DNA of 64,000 nt, from positions 2,857-66,856 of the forward strand of contig CAYZWU010000030.1 in the NCBI GenBank assembly GCA_964482235.1. Direction: 5' to 3'. This DNA is from an uncultured Phycisphaerales bacterium (lineage in GTDB: Bacteria > Planctomycetota > B15-G4 > CAYZWU01). Position numbers and translations under genes: made by a program. Positions 1 through 9,786 of the stretch are shown one piece after another; the stretch's first letter is position 1, and each line of letters starts with the position of its first letter. The notes under the pieces are model-generated. The model saw nothing but the letters and a program-made list of their open reading frames with translations. It was not told the DNA's origin and ran no database searches.

Positions 1-299
1 GCTGCTTCGGCCTGGGCCGGCGAGTGAATGTCCGATGTGACCGGAACGTTGGCTCGCTCCTTGATCCGGCCCAGGATTTCGAGGCCTTTCTTCAAGCCCG
101 GTCCGCGGTGGGAGGTGATCGAGCTCCGGTTCGCCTTGTCGAATGAGGCCTTGAAGATGAAGGGGATGCCCAGCTCCTGCGTCATCTCGGCAAGCAGCAT
201 GGCCAGGCGGGTCGTCGTCTCTTCCGATTCGATGACGCAGTGGCCGGCGATCAGGAAGAGCTCCTTCCGGGGGTCGAATTGAAGTTGTCCTATCTCCAT
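1..299 (-). CDS. kdsA: 2-dehydro-3-deoxyphosphooctonate aldolase (KDO-8-phosphate synthase), N-terminal part. The gene runs off the window start
   Basis: Reverse translation from ATG at 297-299 gives [27 protein letters not shown]...[45 protein letters not shown] is the KdsA signature. The + strand ORF 28..282 is its antisense artefact. Confidence 0.85.
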   Translation of the reverse strand, partial: MEIGQLQFDPRKELFLIAGHCVIESEETTTRLAMLLAEMTQELGIPFIFKASFDKANRSSITSHRGPGLKKGLEILGRIKERANVPVTSDIHSPAQAEA

Positions 300-427
300 G
301 TCAAGATGCCTGTTACAAAGAGTAAAAAGGATGTTGCACCGGGATGCCCCGGTCCGCTGTCCAGCATTTTACCCGTGATCCCGATTCGGTAAAATCAATT
401 CCTCCTTTCCTTGGTAAGGAGAATCCG

Positions 428-1336
428 ATGCGCGCCGGCACAAACGATCGTCTGGACAGGGTTGTCGTAACGGGAGTGAGCGGACTCGTGGGATTCGCTT
501 TCTACCGGATCATGCGGGAAAGAGCCCGATCGATTTGTGGCGTCTGGCACAGGACTCCCTTCACGAGGAAGGACGGGAGCGAGGGATCCGATCTCTCCCT
601 GGACCTCACCCGGCTCGACGAGGTCGAAGCGTTCCTGGACAGATACGATCCCACCTTGCTGATAAACTGCGCCGCCTGGCCTGACATCGATCCCTGCGAA
701 TCCGATCCCGAGGGAGCGGAAAGGATCAATGTCGAGCTGCCGGCCCGCATGGCGGCGCTGTGCAGGAAAAGCGGAACCCTTCTCGTGCACTTCTCGACGG
801 ACCAGGTTTTCGACGGAGAGAGAGGTGGATACACCGAGACGAGCCCTCATTCGCCTGTTCATGTCTACGGAAGAACAAAGGCGATGAGTGAAAAAAGAGT
901 GCTGGAAGCCGATCCGGAAGCGATCGTCGCCCGGATCCCGCTCGTCTACGGCAGGTCCTGGACCGGCATCCGGTCCGCGTCGGAGAAGCTCGTCCTCGCC
1001 ATGGAACGGGAGGAGCGCCTCGGCCTCTACACGAACGAGTACCGATGCCCCGTCCTGTCGGACGACGTGGCCCTGGCCGTGCTGTTCCTGGTGGAAGCCG
1101 GCTTCTCCGGACTCATCCAGATCGCCGGACCGGAGCGCCTCAGCCGGATGGAATTCGCGCGCGCCGTTGCCAGGCGGTTCGGCCTCGACGAGGGAAAGCT
1201 GGAACCCGCGCTCTCCGGAGGTCTGTCGGAAAAACCGCGGCGGCCCCTCGATCTCTCCCTCGACACGACGCTGCTCCGTTCGATTCTTCCTTTTCCCGTA
1301 AAAAGAGTCGAGGATGGCCTCGCGCAGGGAGTATGA
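428..1336 (+). CDS. NAD(P)-dependent sugar-nucleotide reductase, RmlD (dTDP-4-dehydrorhamnose reductase) family
   Basis: RBS aaggagaatccg before ATG 428. N-terminal Rossmann motif VVVTGVSGLVG and YGRTK (YxxxK) catalytic motif. Size about 300 aa typical of RmlD-like enzymes. The upstream part of ORF 344 lacks an RBS. Confidence 0.7.
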   Translation: MRAGTNDRLDRVVVTGVSGLVGFAFYRIMRERARSICGVWHRTPFTRKDGSEGSDLSLDLTRLDEVEAFLDRYDPTLLINCAAWPDIDPCESDPEGAERINVELPARMAALCRKSGTLLVHFSTDQVFDGERGGYTETSPHSPVHVYGRTKAMSEKRVLEADPEAIVARIPLVYGRSWTGIRSASEKLVLAMEREERLGLYTNEYRCPVLSDDVALAVLFLVEAGFSGLIQIAGPERLSRMEFARAVARRFGLDEGKLEPALSGGLSEKPRRPLDLSLDTTLLRSILPFPVKRVEDGLAQGV

Positions 1337-2598
1337 TTGCTTCATGCTGCAAAAAAAGGAGTCGATATCTGGTCATGGGTAATAGTGTCGAATCGCAGAA
1401 GTACATCATCGTCATCGTGACGGGTCTGGGCGACCAGCCTCTCGATGCTTTGAAGGAGAAGACGCCCCTCGAGGTGGCGACCACCCCTCATCTCGACAGG
1501 GTTTCCTCGTCAGGCCGGCTGGGGCTCGTGGAGTCCGCGCCCGTTCAGGGCAAGTGGGGCTCGGAAAGGGTGCTCCTCTCGCTGCTGGGGTACGATCCGT
1601 CGCGGGTCACCGTGGCCCGCGGTCCCCTGGAAGCGTCGGGAATCGGGATCGCTCTCTCGCCCCACGACCTGGCGCTGCGCATGAACTTAGTCTCCACGTT
1701 CAACGACATTCTCGAGGACCACAGCGCGGGGCAGATCAGCGATTCCGAGGCTGACGTGCTGCTCAAGATGTTGAATCTCCGCCTGGGAAGCGAGAAGGTC
1801 GAGTTCCACGCCGGCCTCGGATTCCGGAACCTCCTGGTGCTCAGGGGCGGCGCAGACCTCGATTTCAACACCGTGCCGCCTCACGAGGTCGTTCAGCAGC
1901 CGGTGCGCGACTTTATGCCATACGGTCCTGACTCCGAGCTAGTCGTCGACCTCATCGTGCGGGCCGCCGCAGAGCTGGAGAAGCACGACATCAACCGCGT
2001 TCGGATCGATCTTGGCGAGAATCCGGCCAATGCGGTCTGGTTCTGGGGAGAGGGCCATCAGTTCGAGCTCCCTCCCTTTGACGCGATGTTTCCCCTGCGA
2101 GGGGCCGTGGTCGGCGCCGTTCCGCTGATAAGGGGGATTGCGAGGAAGGTCGGCATGACCTACCTGGATGTGGCCGGCGCCACGGGCGGCCTGGATACCG
2201 ATTTCAGCGGGAAGGTCGATGCCGCGATTCAAGCCCTCGACAACTACGACCTCGTCGTGCTCCACGTGGGAGCCGTCAACGAAGCCTGTCTTCAGGGCAA
2301 CCCCACTGCCAAGATAGCAGCCATCGAGGAAGTGGATTCCCGGGTGATCGGCCCGGTGCTGCAGGGGCTGGAGAAGTTTCCGCGCTGGCGGATGATGGTG
2401 GCGGCCGACCACGTGACCTCGTCCCGGGAGGGATCCAGGATCGGCAGCCCTGTTCCCGTGGCGTTCTGCGGCCATAACGTGGAAGGGATCCGGAACTACA
2501 CCTTCACGGAGGCCAACGCAGCCCGCTCCGACCTCTACGTGGAGAAGGGACACAACCTGATGGAGTTCTTTCTGGGAATGAAGAAGAGCCGGGTCTGA
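1333..2598 (+). CDS. cofactor-independent phosphoglycerate mutase, archaeal type (ApgM / metalloenzyme-PhosphMutase family)
   Basis: IVIVTGLGDQPLDALKEKTPLEVATTPHLDRV...LLGYDP...ARGPLEASGIGI...LRMNLVS matches the ApgM N-terminal consensus (GDGMAD...GKTPLE...TPnmD...LGYDP...GRGPLEA). ATG 1333 overlaps the upstream stop (ATGA). Alternative start ATG 1375. The long upstream extension of ORF 1045 overlaps the RmlD-like gene and is rejected. Confidence 0.7.
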   Translation: MIASCCKKRSRYLVMGNSVESQKYIIVIVTGLGDQPLDALKEKTPLEVATTPHLDRVSSSGRLGLVESAPVQGKWGSERVLLSLLGYDPSRVTVARGPLEASGIGIALSPHDLALRMNLVSTFNDILEDHSAGQISDSEADVLLKMLNLRLGSEKVEFHAGLGFRNLLVLRGGADLDFNTVPPHEVVQQPVRDFMPYGPDSELVVDLIVRAAAELEKHDINRVRIDLGENPANAVWFWGEGHQFELPPFDAMFPLRGAVVGAVPLIRGIARKVGMTYLDVAGATGGLDTDFSGKVDAAIQALDNYDLVVLHVGAVNEACLQGNPTAKIAAIEEVDSRVIGPVLQGLEKFPRWRMMVAADHVTSSREGSRIGSPVPVAFCGHNVEGIRNYTFTEANAARSDLYVEKGHNLMEFFLGMKKSRV

Positions 2599-2692
2599 TC
2601 TGTCGGGGGATCCGATTTCTTCCGCGCTGAACAAAACGAGCGCAGGCGTGAGATGACGCGCCTGCGCTCGATGTACTCTTCAGCGCTGGGGC

Positions 2693-4453
2693 CTACTTGA
2701 ACGGGTTGTTGCGGATCTTGATCGGGATCTTGAAGCGCGGGTGTCTCGATCCGACCACCGTGGCGGTGACCTCGATCTCCGTCATGCCCGTAGCCACGAC
2801 GTGCAACACGCGGATCTTCATGGGGGCTTCCTCGATGAACTTTTCGATCTCGAGATATCCCACAACGGCGTCGGATGCGTTGAGGAAGAGGACCAGGTTC
2901 TTGTCCTTGGGGAAGTTGACGTCGTCCTTGGCCTTGTGGACCGCACCGATCTTCTCCAGCTCCCGGTCGGCGCGCTCGTCCTCGGCCTTGGCCGCTTCCT
3001 TCTCCTTGCGCTCCTCTTCAGCCTCGCGTCTTGCCTTTTCCTCCGCCTCGAGCCGGGCTTTCTTCTGCTCCTCGGTCTCTTCCTCGGGGACTGCGGGCTT
3101 CTCTTCCTCCTCCTCCTTGGCTTCCTCTACACCTTCCTTCTTCGTTTCGTCCGCAACGGTCACGTCTGCAGGAGCGACAGCCGCGGGCTTCTGGCTCTTG
3201 TGACGGTAGACGAGGGTGTAGGCGCCGGCCGGAAGGTTCGGCTCCTCGAGAGCACGGGAAAGGGAGATGAGACCTATGGGGAAGTACTCTTCCTGGCTCT
3301 CCTTCACGATCTTGGAGATGCTGACCAGCTGCCTCTCGACCGGGGCGATGACGAAGTGGTCGTAGTTCGTGATGACGGCCATCTTGGGATCCACTTCCTC
3401 GATCTCGACGGCGTAGAAGTTCCTTGTGTCCCACTTCTTGTCCACCATGTACTTCGAGTTCAGCTCCTCGCGGGCGTGGTTGAAGATGTCGATTCCGGGA
3501 TCGGGCGACTTGATGCAGCGGAATCCCACGGAGTCGAAGTTGTTCGACGGCGCGAACTTGTCGCGGATGGCCAGCATGTTGGGCACATCGCCGAGGTGGT
3601 AATGCCCGCTTTTGAGCACGTAGTAGCGATGATCGAAATCGGGCCTCACGGTCTTCTTTTCCCTGCCGATCTTCAGGGTGATCGCCTTGAACTTGTCGTA
3701 CTCGACATAGGGGCTGCTCGTCCATTCCCAGACGCCGGCGGTCATGTCCAGGATGCCGAAGGGCGACGCGCCGTCGGGATAGGAGCCCACGGCGACCATC
3801 GAGTTCCTCCTGTTCTGGCAGAGCTTGGGATTCCACTCGTCGCCCCAGGCGTAGCGGCGGCCGTCGTCTCCGCCGGCGGCCCGCATCCACTCGAGCTCGG
3901 TTGGAATGCGCTTGCCGCACCACCGGGCGAATTCGCAGGCCTCGTAGTAGCTCACGTTGCGGACCGGGAACCGCGCCTGGTTTTCCGGATAGCTCATGCC
4001 TCCGTCGGGACCCTTTCCCCAGGCGAGGGTTTTGAGGTCATTGCTCGGCTTCCGGCCCGTGGCGTCGAGATAGGCTTTCCACTGGGCGTTGGTCACCTCG
4101 CACTTGTCGCAGAAGAACTCCGGCACCATCTCGCGCGGCGTGTGCTTCGGCATGGAGGCGGAAAGGTTCCTCATAACGGTGGGATCGCCTTCTCCGAACT
4201 CTTCCACTTCCTTCTTGCTCAATCCGAGAACGGTCTTGCCGGCCGGGACCTTCACCATGTCGAGAGGCGGCTTCGAGTTGCCCAGGCGGGCAGCTCCGTC
4301 GGTTCCGCGGGTGGTGGTTTCCTTTTCAGGTTCCGGCGAGTTGGAGGCCGCTGCCGTCTGCAGAGGCAGGGATGCCAGCGACAGGACTAGGGTAAGAAAT
4401 AGAACAAATGAAACGATCTGTTTCGAAACAGGATATTCGGCATTGCGTGACAT
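2693..4453 (-). CDS. secreted protein with FGE/SUMF1-fold (sulfatase-modifying-factor-like) domain, Glu/Lys-rich charged linker and C-terminal beta domain
   Basis: Start MSRNAEYPVSKQIVSFVLFLTLVLSLASLP (signal peptide), with aggagcagg RBS upstream of ATG at 4451-4453. FGE-fold motifs EFARWCGKRIPTELEWMRAAGG, GVWEWTSS and GFRCIKSP. No CxxxxC catalytic pair. EK-rich low-complexity segment around 2930-3180. Confidence 0.7.
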   Translation of the reverse strand: MSRNAEYPVSKQIVSFVLFLTLVLSLASLPLQTAAASNSPEPEKETTTRGTDGAARLGNSKPPLDMVKVPAGKTVLGLSKKEVEEFGEGDPTVMRNLSASMPKHTPREMVPEFFCDKCEVTNAQWKAYLDATGRKPSNDLKTLAWGKGPDGGMSYPENQARFPVRNVSYYEACEFARWCGKRIPTELEWMRAAGGDDGRRYAWGDEWNPKLCQNRRNSMVAVGSYPDGASPFGILDMTAGVWEWTSSPYVEYDKFKAITLKIGREKKTVRPDFDHRYYVLKSGHYHLGDVPNMLAIRDKFAPSNNFDSVGFRCIKSPDPGIDIFNHAREELNSKYMVDKKWDTRNFYAVEIEEVDPKMAVITNYDHFVIAPVERQLVSISKIVKESQEEYFPIGLISLSRALEEPNLPAGAYTLVYRHKSQKPAAVAPADVTVADETKKEGVEEAKEEEEEKPAVPEEETEEQKKARLEAEEKARREAEEERKEKEAAKAEDERADRELEKIGAVHKAKDDVNFPKDKNLVLFLNASDAVVGYLEIEKFIEEAPMKIRVLHVVATGMTEIEVTATVVGSRHPRFKIPIKIRNNPFK

Positions 4454-4927
4454 GAAACCTGCTCCTAATCCATGGGGTCTCGAAAGTTGACCAGTATTAA
4501 ATCCACACCGATTTTTATGATTTACCGTCAAAACGGGAGAGAGTAACAAAGGCGGATGCCAGCGTCAATGGGGCTGGGAAATCTCGCATCCCAGGATTTC
4601 GGGTTTTCTTTTTTTTTGAATTTCCGATCGTGCCGTGTAATTCTCGCTTCAGTGCGGTCTTACGAAGCCGTCGGATGTTTCGTTCATTCAGGGAACGATT
4701 TTTCACCCTCTTCCGGCATTGTCAATTCCTTGCCATTTTCCGTGATTTGCCGGGCTTTCGAGCGGAGACGCGGAAAAAGAAGCCGCGCCTTCGTTCTCGA
4801 AGCAGTTCAGCGGCAGTCTCTTACAGCCGCAAGCCGTCATTCGGTGCGGTACTTGGAATCGAGAGGCCCCATCGTGTATCATCATTACCTTTTCCAGAAG
4901 CTTCGATCATGAAAGGATGGCAGCTTC

Positions 4928-5935
4928 ATGACGGAACCGGAAAAGAGCGTGCAGGAGATCGAGATCTCGGCCAAGGAGTCGGGCAGGCGGATCGACCGGT
5001 TCCTCGGCCACCGGCTCTTTCCCGACTACTCCAGAAGCTACCTGACCGGCCTGATCGAGGCGGGACGGATCAAGGTGGACGGCAAGAGGGTTCGCAAGAA
5101 CTACCGGCTCGCCGAGGGCGAGACGATCACTCTCGAGCTGACGGCTCCCAACCCCCAGACGCCGGAGGCGGAGGACATTCCCCTCGAGATCATTCACGAG
5201 GAGGAGCAGTTCGTCGTCATCAACAAGCCGGACGGCTTCATCGTCCATCCCGGCACGGGAGCGAAGAGCGGCACCCTGGTGAACGCCCTGCTGCATCGGT
5301 ATCCCGACCTGGCCCGCGTGGGGATCGCCTACCGGCCCGGCATCGTGCATCGGCTCGACAAGGAGACAACGGGGATCATCCTCGTGGCGCGAACCAACCT
5401 CGCACGCTACAACCTTGTGGAGCAGTTCAAGAGCCGCAAGGTCGAGAAGGAATACCTCGCAGTGGCGGTGGGCGACATCGCGATCCACTCGGACTACATC
5501 GACCTGCCCCTCGGACGTGATCCCAAAAACCCCGAGAAGATGAAGGTGGATCCGGTGAACGGCAAGCCGGCCTCGTCGTTCTACGAGGTCGTGGAGCATT
5601 TCGAGGACTCCTGCCTGGTGAAGATCCAGCTGCACACGGGCCGCACCCACCAGATCCGCGTTCACATGACCCATCTCGGATTTCCTCTCGTGGGCGATGC
5701 CGTCTACGGGCGCGGCAAGAACCAGAAGTACTCCGCGAAGATGAAGGAGGCCGCCTCGGCGGGAAAGGTGCTGCCGGTGATCGACCGCCATGCACTGCAC
5801 GCCTGGAAACTCTCCTTTCTCCATCCCGAATCGGGGGAGCGTGTCTACTTCGAGGCTCCGCTGCCGCGCGACCTGGAGCAGCTCATCGAGTGGCTGCGGG
5901 CGGAACGGGATGGATCGGATGAAACGCCGGCCTGA
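4928..5935 (+). CDS. rluD: RluA/RluD-family 23S rRNA pseudouridine synthase
   Basis: N-terminal S4-like segment (RIDRFL), catalytic HRLDKETTG(I/V) motif and GRTHQIRVH motif. 335 aa. Confidence 0.85.
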   Translation: MTEPEKSVQEIEISAKESGRRIDRFLGHRLFPDYSRSYLTGLIEAGRIKVDGKRVRKNYRLAEGETITLELTAPNPQTPEAEDIPLEIIHEEEQFVVINKPDGFIVHPGTGAKSGTLVNALLHRYPDLARVGIAYRPGIVHRLDKETTGIILVARTNLARYNLVEQFKSRKVEKEYLAVAVGDIAIHSDYIDLPLGRDPKNPEKMKVDPVNGKPASSFYEVVEHFEDSCLVKIQLHTGRTHQIRVHMTHLGFPLVGDAVYGRGKNQKYSAKMKEAASAGKVLPVIDRHALHAWKLSFLHPESGERVYFEAPLPRDLEQLIEWLRAERDGSDETPA

Positions 5936-5977
5936 ACAGAGAGCTAGATCCGACAGCTTGAACTGGAGTGAAGCAAC

Positions 5978-7618
5978 ATGGGGAAAGAATACGAAGAGTG
6001 GCTTTCAGGCAGCTATCAGCCGGCAATGGACAGGGTGAAGGGAAAGAGCCCGCGCCGGCCCGAGACCTCGTCGGGATACGTTCCCGATCCTCTCTACCTG
6101 CCCCGCGACGAGGAGGAGGCGGCGCGCCTCGGCTTTCCGGGACATTTCCCGTTCCTGCGGGGAATCTATCCCTCCATGTACAGGGGGAGGTTCTGGACGA
6201 TGCGCCAGTATGCCGGGTTCTCCTCGGCCGAGGAAACGAACCGCCGGTTTCGCTACCTCCTCGAGCAGGGGCAGACCGGGCTTTCCGTGGCCTTCGACCT
6301 GCCCACGCAGATCGGCTTCGATCCCGATGATCCGGTCTCCGAGGGCGAGGTGGGCAAGGTGGGGGTCTCCATCGCCACCCTCGACGACCTCGACCGCCTC
6401 CTCGACGGGATTCCCCTGGACAAGGTCTCGATCTCGATGACGATCAATGCCACTGCCTCGATCCTGCTGGCCATGCTGGCGGCGCTGGCCGAGCGGCGCG
6501 GCGTCGATCCCGCCTCGCTGCGCGGGACGATCCAGAACGACATCCTCAAGGAGTACGTCGCCAGGGGCACCTACCGTTTTCCCGTGGCGCCGTCGATGCG
6601 CCTGATCACCGACATCTTCCGCTTCACCCGGGAGGATCTGCCGCGCTTCAATCCGATCTCGATCTCGGGCTACCACATGCGGGAGGCCGGGTGCACCGCC
6701 GTACAGGAGATCGCCTTCACCCTGGCCAACGGCATCGCCTACGTGGAAGCGGCTCTCGACGCCGGCCTCGACGTGGACTCCTTTGCCGGCAGGCTCTCCT
6801 TCTTCTTCAACGCCCACAACAACTTCCTGGAAGAAGTGGCCAAGTTCCGCGCCGCCCGCCGGCTCTGGGCAGCGATCATGAAGGAGCGCTTCCAGGCGAA
6901 GGACGAGAAGTCGATGATGCTTCGGTTCCACACCCAGACGGCCGGCTCCACGCTCACCGCGGTCCAGCCGGAAGTGAACGTGGTGCGCGTCACGCTCCAG
7001 GCCCTGGCCGCCGTCCTGGGCGGCACCCAGTCGCTGCACACCAACTCGATGGACGAGGCGCTGGCCCTCCCATCGGAGAAGTCGGCCCGCATCGCGCTCC
7101 GCACGCAGCAGGTCATCGGTCTCGAGAGCGGCGTCACCGACACGGCCGATCCGCTCGGCGGCGCACCCTACGTGGAAGCGCTCACCGACCGGCTCGAGCA
7201 GGAGGCGCGCGGGATCATCGACGGGATCGACAAGAAGGGCGGCGCGGTCAAGGCGGTGGAGAGCGGCTACGTGGCCGCCGAGATCGCCGCGGCGGCGTAC
7301 AAGATCCAGATGGCCCAGGAGTCCGGCGAGGAAGTCGTGGTGGGCGTCAACCGCTTTCAGGTGGACGAGCCTCCGGTGCAGGACCTCCTCAGGGTGGACG
7401 ACTCGCTGCGGCGCGAGAGGATAGCCCAGCTGGAAGAATCCCGGAAGGCGCGGGATGGCGCGAGCTGCGGGGAGGCGCTGGATCGGCTGGAAGCCCGTGC
7501 CCGCGATGAGGCATCGACCCTCATGCCCGCCCTGACCGATGCCGTGAAGGCGGGCGCCTCGATCGGCGAGATCTGCGCCGCGCTGGAAAAGGTCTTCGGC
7601 CGGTTCCGGGCGAGCTGA
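5978..7618 (+). CDS. methylmalonyl-CoA mutase, catalytic (alpha/beta)8 large-subunit domain only. The B12-binding domain is not encoded here
   Basis: MCM N-terminal barrel motifs: [55 protein letters not shown]. The ORF ends after the barrel with no cobalamin-binding DxHxxG domain. Confidence 0.85.
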   Translation: MGKEYEEWLSGSYQPAMDRVKGKSPRRPETSSGYVPDPLYLPRDEEEAARLGFPGHFPFLRGIYPSMYRGRFWTMRQYAGFSSAEETNRRFRYLLEQGQTGLSVAFDLPTQIGFDPDDPVSEGEVGKVGVSIATLDDLDRLLDGIPLDKVSISMTINATASILLAMLAALAERRGVDPASLRGTIQNDILKEYVARGTYRFPVAPSMRLITDIFRFTREDLPRFNPISISGYHMREAGCTAVQEIAFTLANGIAYVEAALDAGLDVDSFAGRLSFFFNAHNNFLEEVAKFRAARRLWAAIMKERFQAKDEKSMMLRFHTQTAGSTLTAVQPEVNVVRVTLQALAAVLGGTQSLHTNSMDEALALPSEKSARIALRTQQVIGLESGVTDTADPLGGAPYVEALTDRLEQEARGIIDGIDKKGGAVKAVESGYVAAEIAAAAYKIQMAQESGEEVVVGVNRFQVDEPPVQDLLRVDDSLRRERIAQLEESRKARDGASCGEALDRLEARARDEASTLMPALTDAVKAGASIGEICAALEKVFGRFRAS

Positions 7619-7674
7619 TCCCGGACCGGCGGACGCTCTGTCAAAGCTCCCAGGAAAATCAGGAGAAGGATCAA

Positions 7675-8073
7675 ATGGTAGATTCGCTGGACCACGTGGC
7701 CATCGCCGTCCGATCGATCGACGAGGCGCTTCCCTTCTACAGGGATGTCCTCGGACTCGACCTGCTCGGCTTCGAGGAGGTTCCCACGCAGAAGATCAAG
7801 GTGGCCGTGCTTTCCGCCGGCCAGACCCGCATCGAGCTTCTCGAGCCGGTCTCCCCCGAGAGCCCTGTCCAGAAGTATCTCGACAAGAACGGCGAGGGGC
7901 TCCACCACATCGCCTTCAGGTCGGACGGGATCGAGGCGGAGCTCGATCGACTCGACAGGGCCGGCATCCGGCTCGTGGACCGGTCGCCCCGCCCCGGCGC
8001 CGAGGGCGCCCGGATCGCCTTTCTCCATCCCAAGGCAACGGGCAAGGTCCTGATCGAGCTGGTGGAGCGTTGA
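7675..8073 (+). CDS. methylmalonyl-CoA epimerase (glyoxalase/VOC fold)
   Basis: 132 aa. LDHVAIAV...FY..VLG, TRIELLEP and GEGLHHIAF are typical of Mce, and the genomic context fits. Confidence 0.8.
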   Translation: MVDSLDHVAIAVRSIDEALPFYRDVLGLDLLGFEEVPTQKIKVAVLSAGQTRIELLEPVSPESPVQKYLDKNGEGLHHIAFRSDGIEAELDRLDRAGIRLVDRSPRPGAEGARIAFLHPKATGKVLIELVER

Positions 8074-8202
8074 ACTCGGCCCATCGGCATTGCATTCGAC
8101 GGAACCAGTGGGTAAGATCCGTGATTCACATAGGATGTAGTTGAAGAAGAACCGGCTGCCGACTCGACCTCGTGCAGCCTTTCGATTCGGTTGGAAGGTA
8201 AG

Positions 8203-9747
8203 ATGTCCTCCAGACAAAAGACACTCGAAGAGAAGAACAGGGCCGCCCTTCTCGGCGGCGGCGAGAAGAGAATCAAGGCCCAGCACGACAAGGGAAAGCT
8301 CACGGCGCGCGAGAGGGTCGACCTTCTGCTCGACGAGAGCTCGTTCAACGAGATCGATCGCTTCGCGGCCCACCGCACGACCGACTTCGGGATGGGGGAC
8401 AAGAAGATCCCGGGCGACGGCGTGGTGACGGGATACGGCACCATCGACGGCCGCCGGGTCTACGTCTTCTCCCAGGATTTCACCGTCTTCGGCGGCTCGC
8501 TCGGCGAGGCCCACGCGCGGAAGATCTGCAAGATCATGGACATGGCCATGAAGGTTGGCGTGCCGGTGATCGGCCTCAACGATTCGGGCGGCGCCCGGAT
8601 CCAGGAAGGGGTGATCTCCCTCGGCGGCTATGCCGACATCTTCCTGCGCAACACCCTGGCCTCGGGCGTGGTGCCCCAGCTTTCGGCCATCATGGGGCCC
8701 TGCGCCGGCGGCGCGGTCTACTCGCCGGCCATCACGGACTTCATCTTCATGGTGGAGGAAACCTCCTACATGTACGTCACCGGTCCCCAGGTGGTGAAGA
8801 CCGTGACGCACGAGGAGGTGACGCACGAGGAGCTCGGCGGCGCCATGACGCACGCGTCCCGCTCCGGCGTGGCGCACTTCAGCGCCGGCTCGGACCTCGA
8901 GTGCCTGGCCAAGATGCGGAAGCTCTTCAGCTACCTGCCCCTGAACAACATGGAGGATCCCCCGATCCTCGACACGGGCGACGATCCCGAGCGGCGCGAC
9001 GAGAGCCTGAACAGCCTGATCCCGGAGAATCCGAACAAGCCCTACGACATCAAGGACGTGATCCAGTCCGTTCTGGACAACGGCGATTTCATGGAGGTCC
9101 ACGAGCATTATGCGAGGAACCTCGTGGTGGGTTTCGGGAGGATCGACGGGCGCTCCGTCGGAATCCTGGCCAACCAGCCCGCCGTGCTGGCCGGAACGCT
9201 CGACATCGATTCGTCGCTCAAGGGGGCGCGCTTCGTCCGCTTCTGCGACTGCTTCAACATCCCCCTGATCACCTTCGAGGATGTTCCCGGCTTCCTTCCC
9301 GGAACGAACCAGGAGTATGGCGGGATCATCAAGCACGGGGCCAAGCTGCTCTACGCCTACTGCGAGGCCACCGTTCCCAAGATCACGGTAATCACCCGCA
9401 AGGCCTACGGCGGCGCCTACGACGTGCTCTCGTCCAAGCACATCCGCGGCGACATGAACTTCGCCTGGCCCTCGGCGGAGATCGCCGTCATGGGGCCCGA
9501 CGGGGCGGTGAAGATCATCTTCAGGAGGGAGATCGAAGAGGCGGAGGACAAGAAGGCGGCCGAGGAGAAGCTGGTGAACGAGTACAGGGAAAGGTTCGCC
9601 AACCCTTACATCGCCGCCGAGATGGGATACCTGGACGAGGTGATCCTGCCGTCCGAGACGAGGTGGAAGCTCGTTTCCGCCCTGCGGCTCCTGGCCACGA
9701 AGAGAGAGAAGAATCCGCCGAAGAAGCATGGCAACATCCCGATCTGA
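8203..9747 (+). CDS. pccB: propionyl-CoA carboxylase beta subunit / methylmalonyl-CoA carboxyltransferase (AccD5/PccB family)
   Basis: Carboxyltransferase motifs: [45 protein letters not shown]. Alternative start 8191. Confidence 0.85.
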   Translation: MSSRQKTLEEKNRAALLGGGEKRIKAQHDKGKLTARERVDLLLDESSFNEIDRFAAHRTTDFGMGDKKIPGDGVVTGYGTIDGRRVYVFSQDFTVFGGSLGEAHARKICKIMDMAMKVGVPVIGLNDSGGARIQEGVISLGGYADIFLRNTLASGVVPQLSAIMGPCAGGAVYSPAITDFIFMVEETSYMYVTGPQVVKTVTHEEVTHEELGGAMTHASRSGVAHFSAGSDLECLAKMRKLFSYLPLNNMEDPPILDTGDDPERRDESLNSLIPENPNKPYDIKDVIQSVLDNGDFMEVHEHYARNLVVGFGRIDGRSVGILANQPAVLAGTLDIDSSLKGARFVRFCDCFNIPLITFEDVPGFLPGTNQEYGGIIKHGAKLLYAYCEATVPKITVITRKAYGGAYDVLSSKHIRGDMNFAWPSAEIAVMGPDGAVKIIFRREIEEAEDKKAAEEKLVNEYRERFANPYIAAEMGYLDEVILPSETRWKLVSALRLLATKREKNPPKKHGNIPI

Positions 9748-9786
9748 GACCGGATCGAGTCAAGTCGTTAGAGGCAAGGAAAGCCC

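Noticed and set aside
28-282. 84-aa + strand ORF at the window start
   Set aside because: Antisense to a clear kdsA N-terminus on the minus strand. High-GC antisense ORF artefact.
1045-1332. 96-codon N-terminal extension of the phosphoglycerate mutase ORF
   Set aside because: Overlaps the RmlD-like gene in another frame and encodes Arg/Pro-rich low-complexity sequence. The ApgM-family homology begins only after ATG 1333/1375.
4454-4927. 474-bp intergenic region between the FGE-like gene and rluD, as a possible tRNA or ncRNA locus
   Set aside because: No tRNA-like T-arm (GGTTCGAATCC-type) or acceptor-stem pairing was found. Only small palindromes such as CTTCG-ttct-CGAAG. Most likely divergent promoter DNA.
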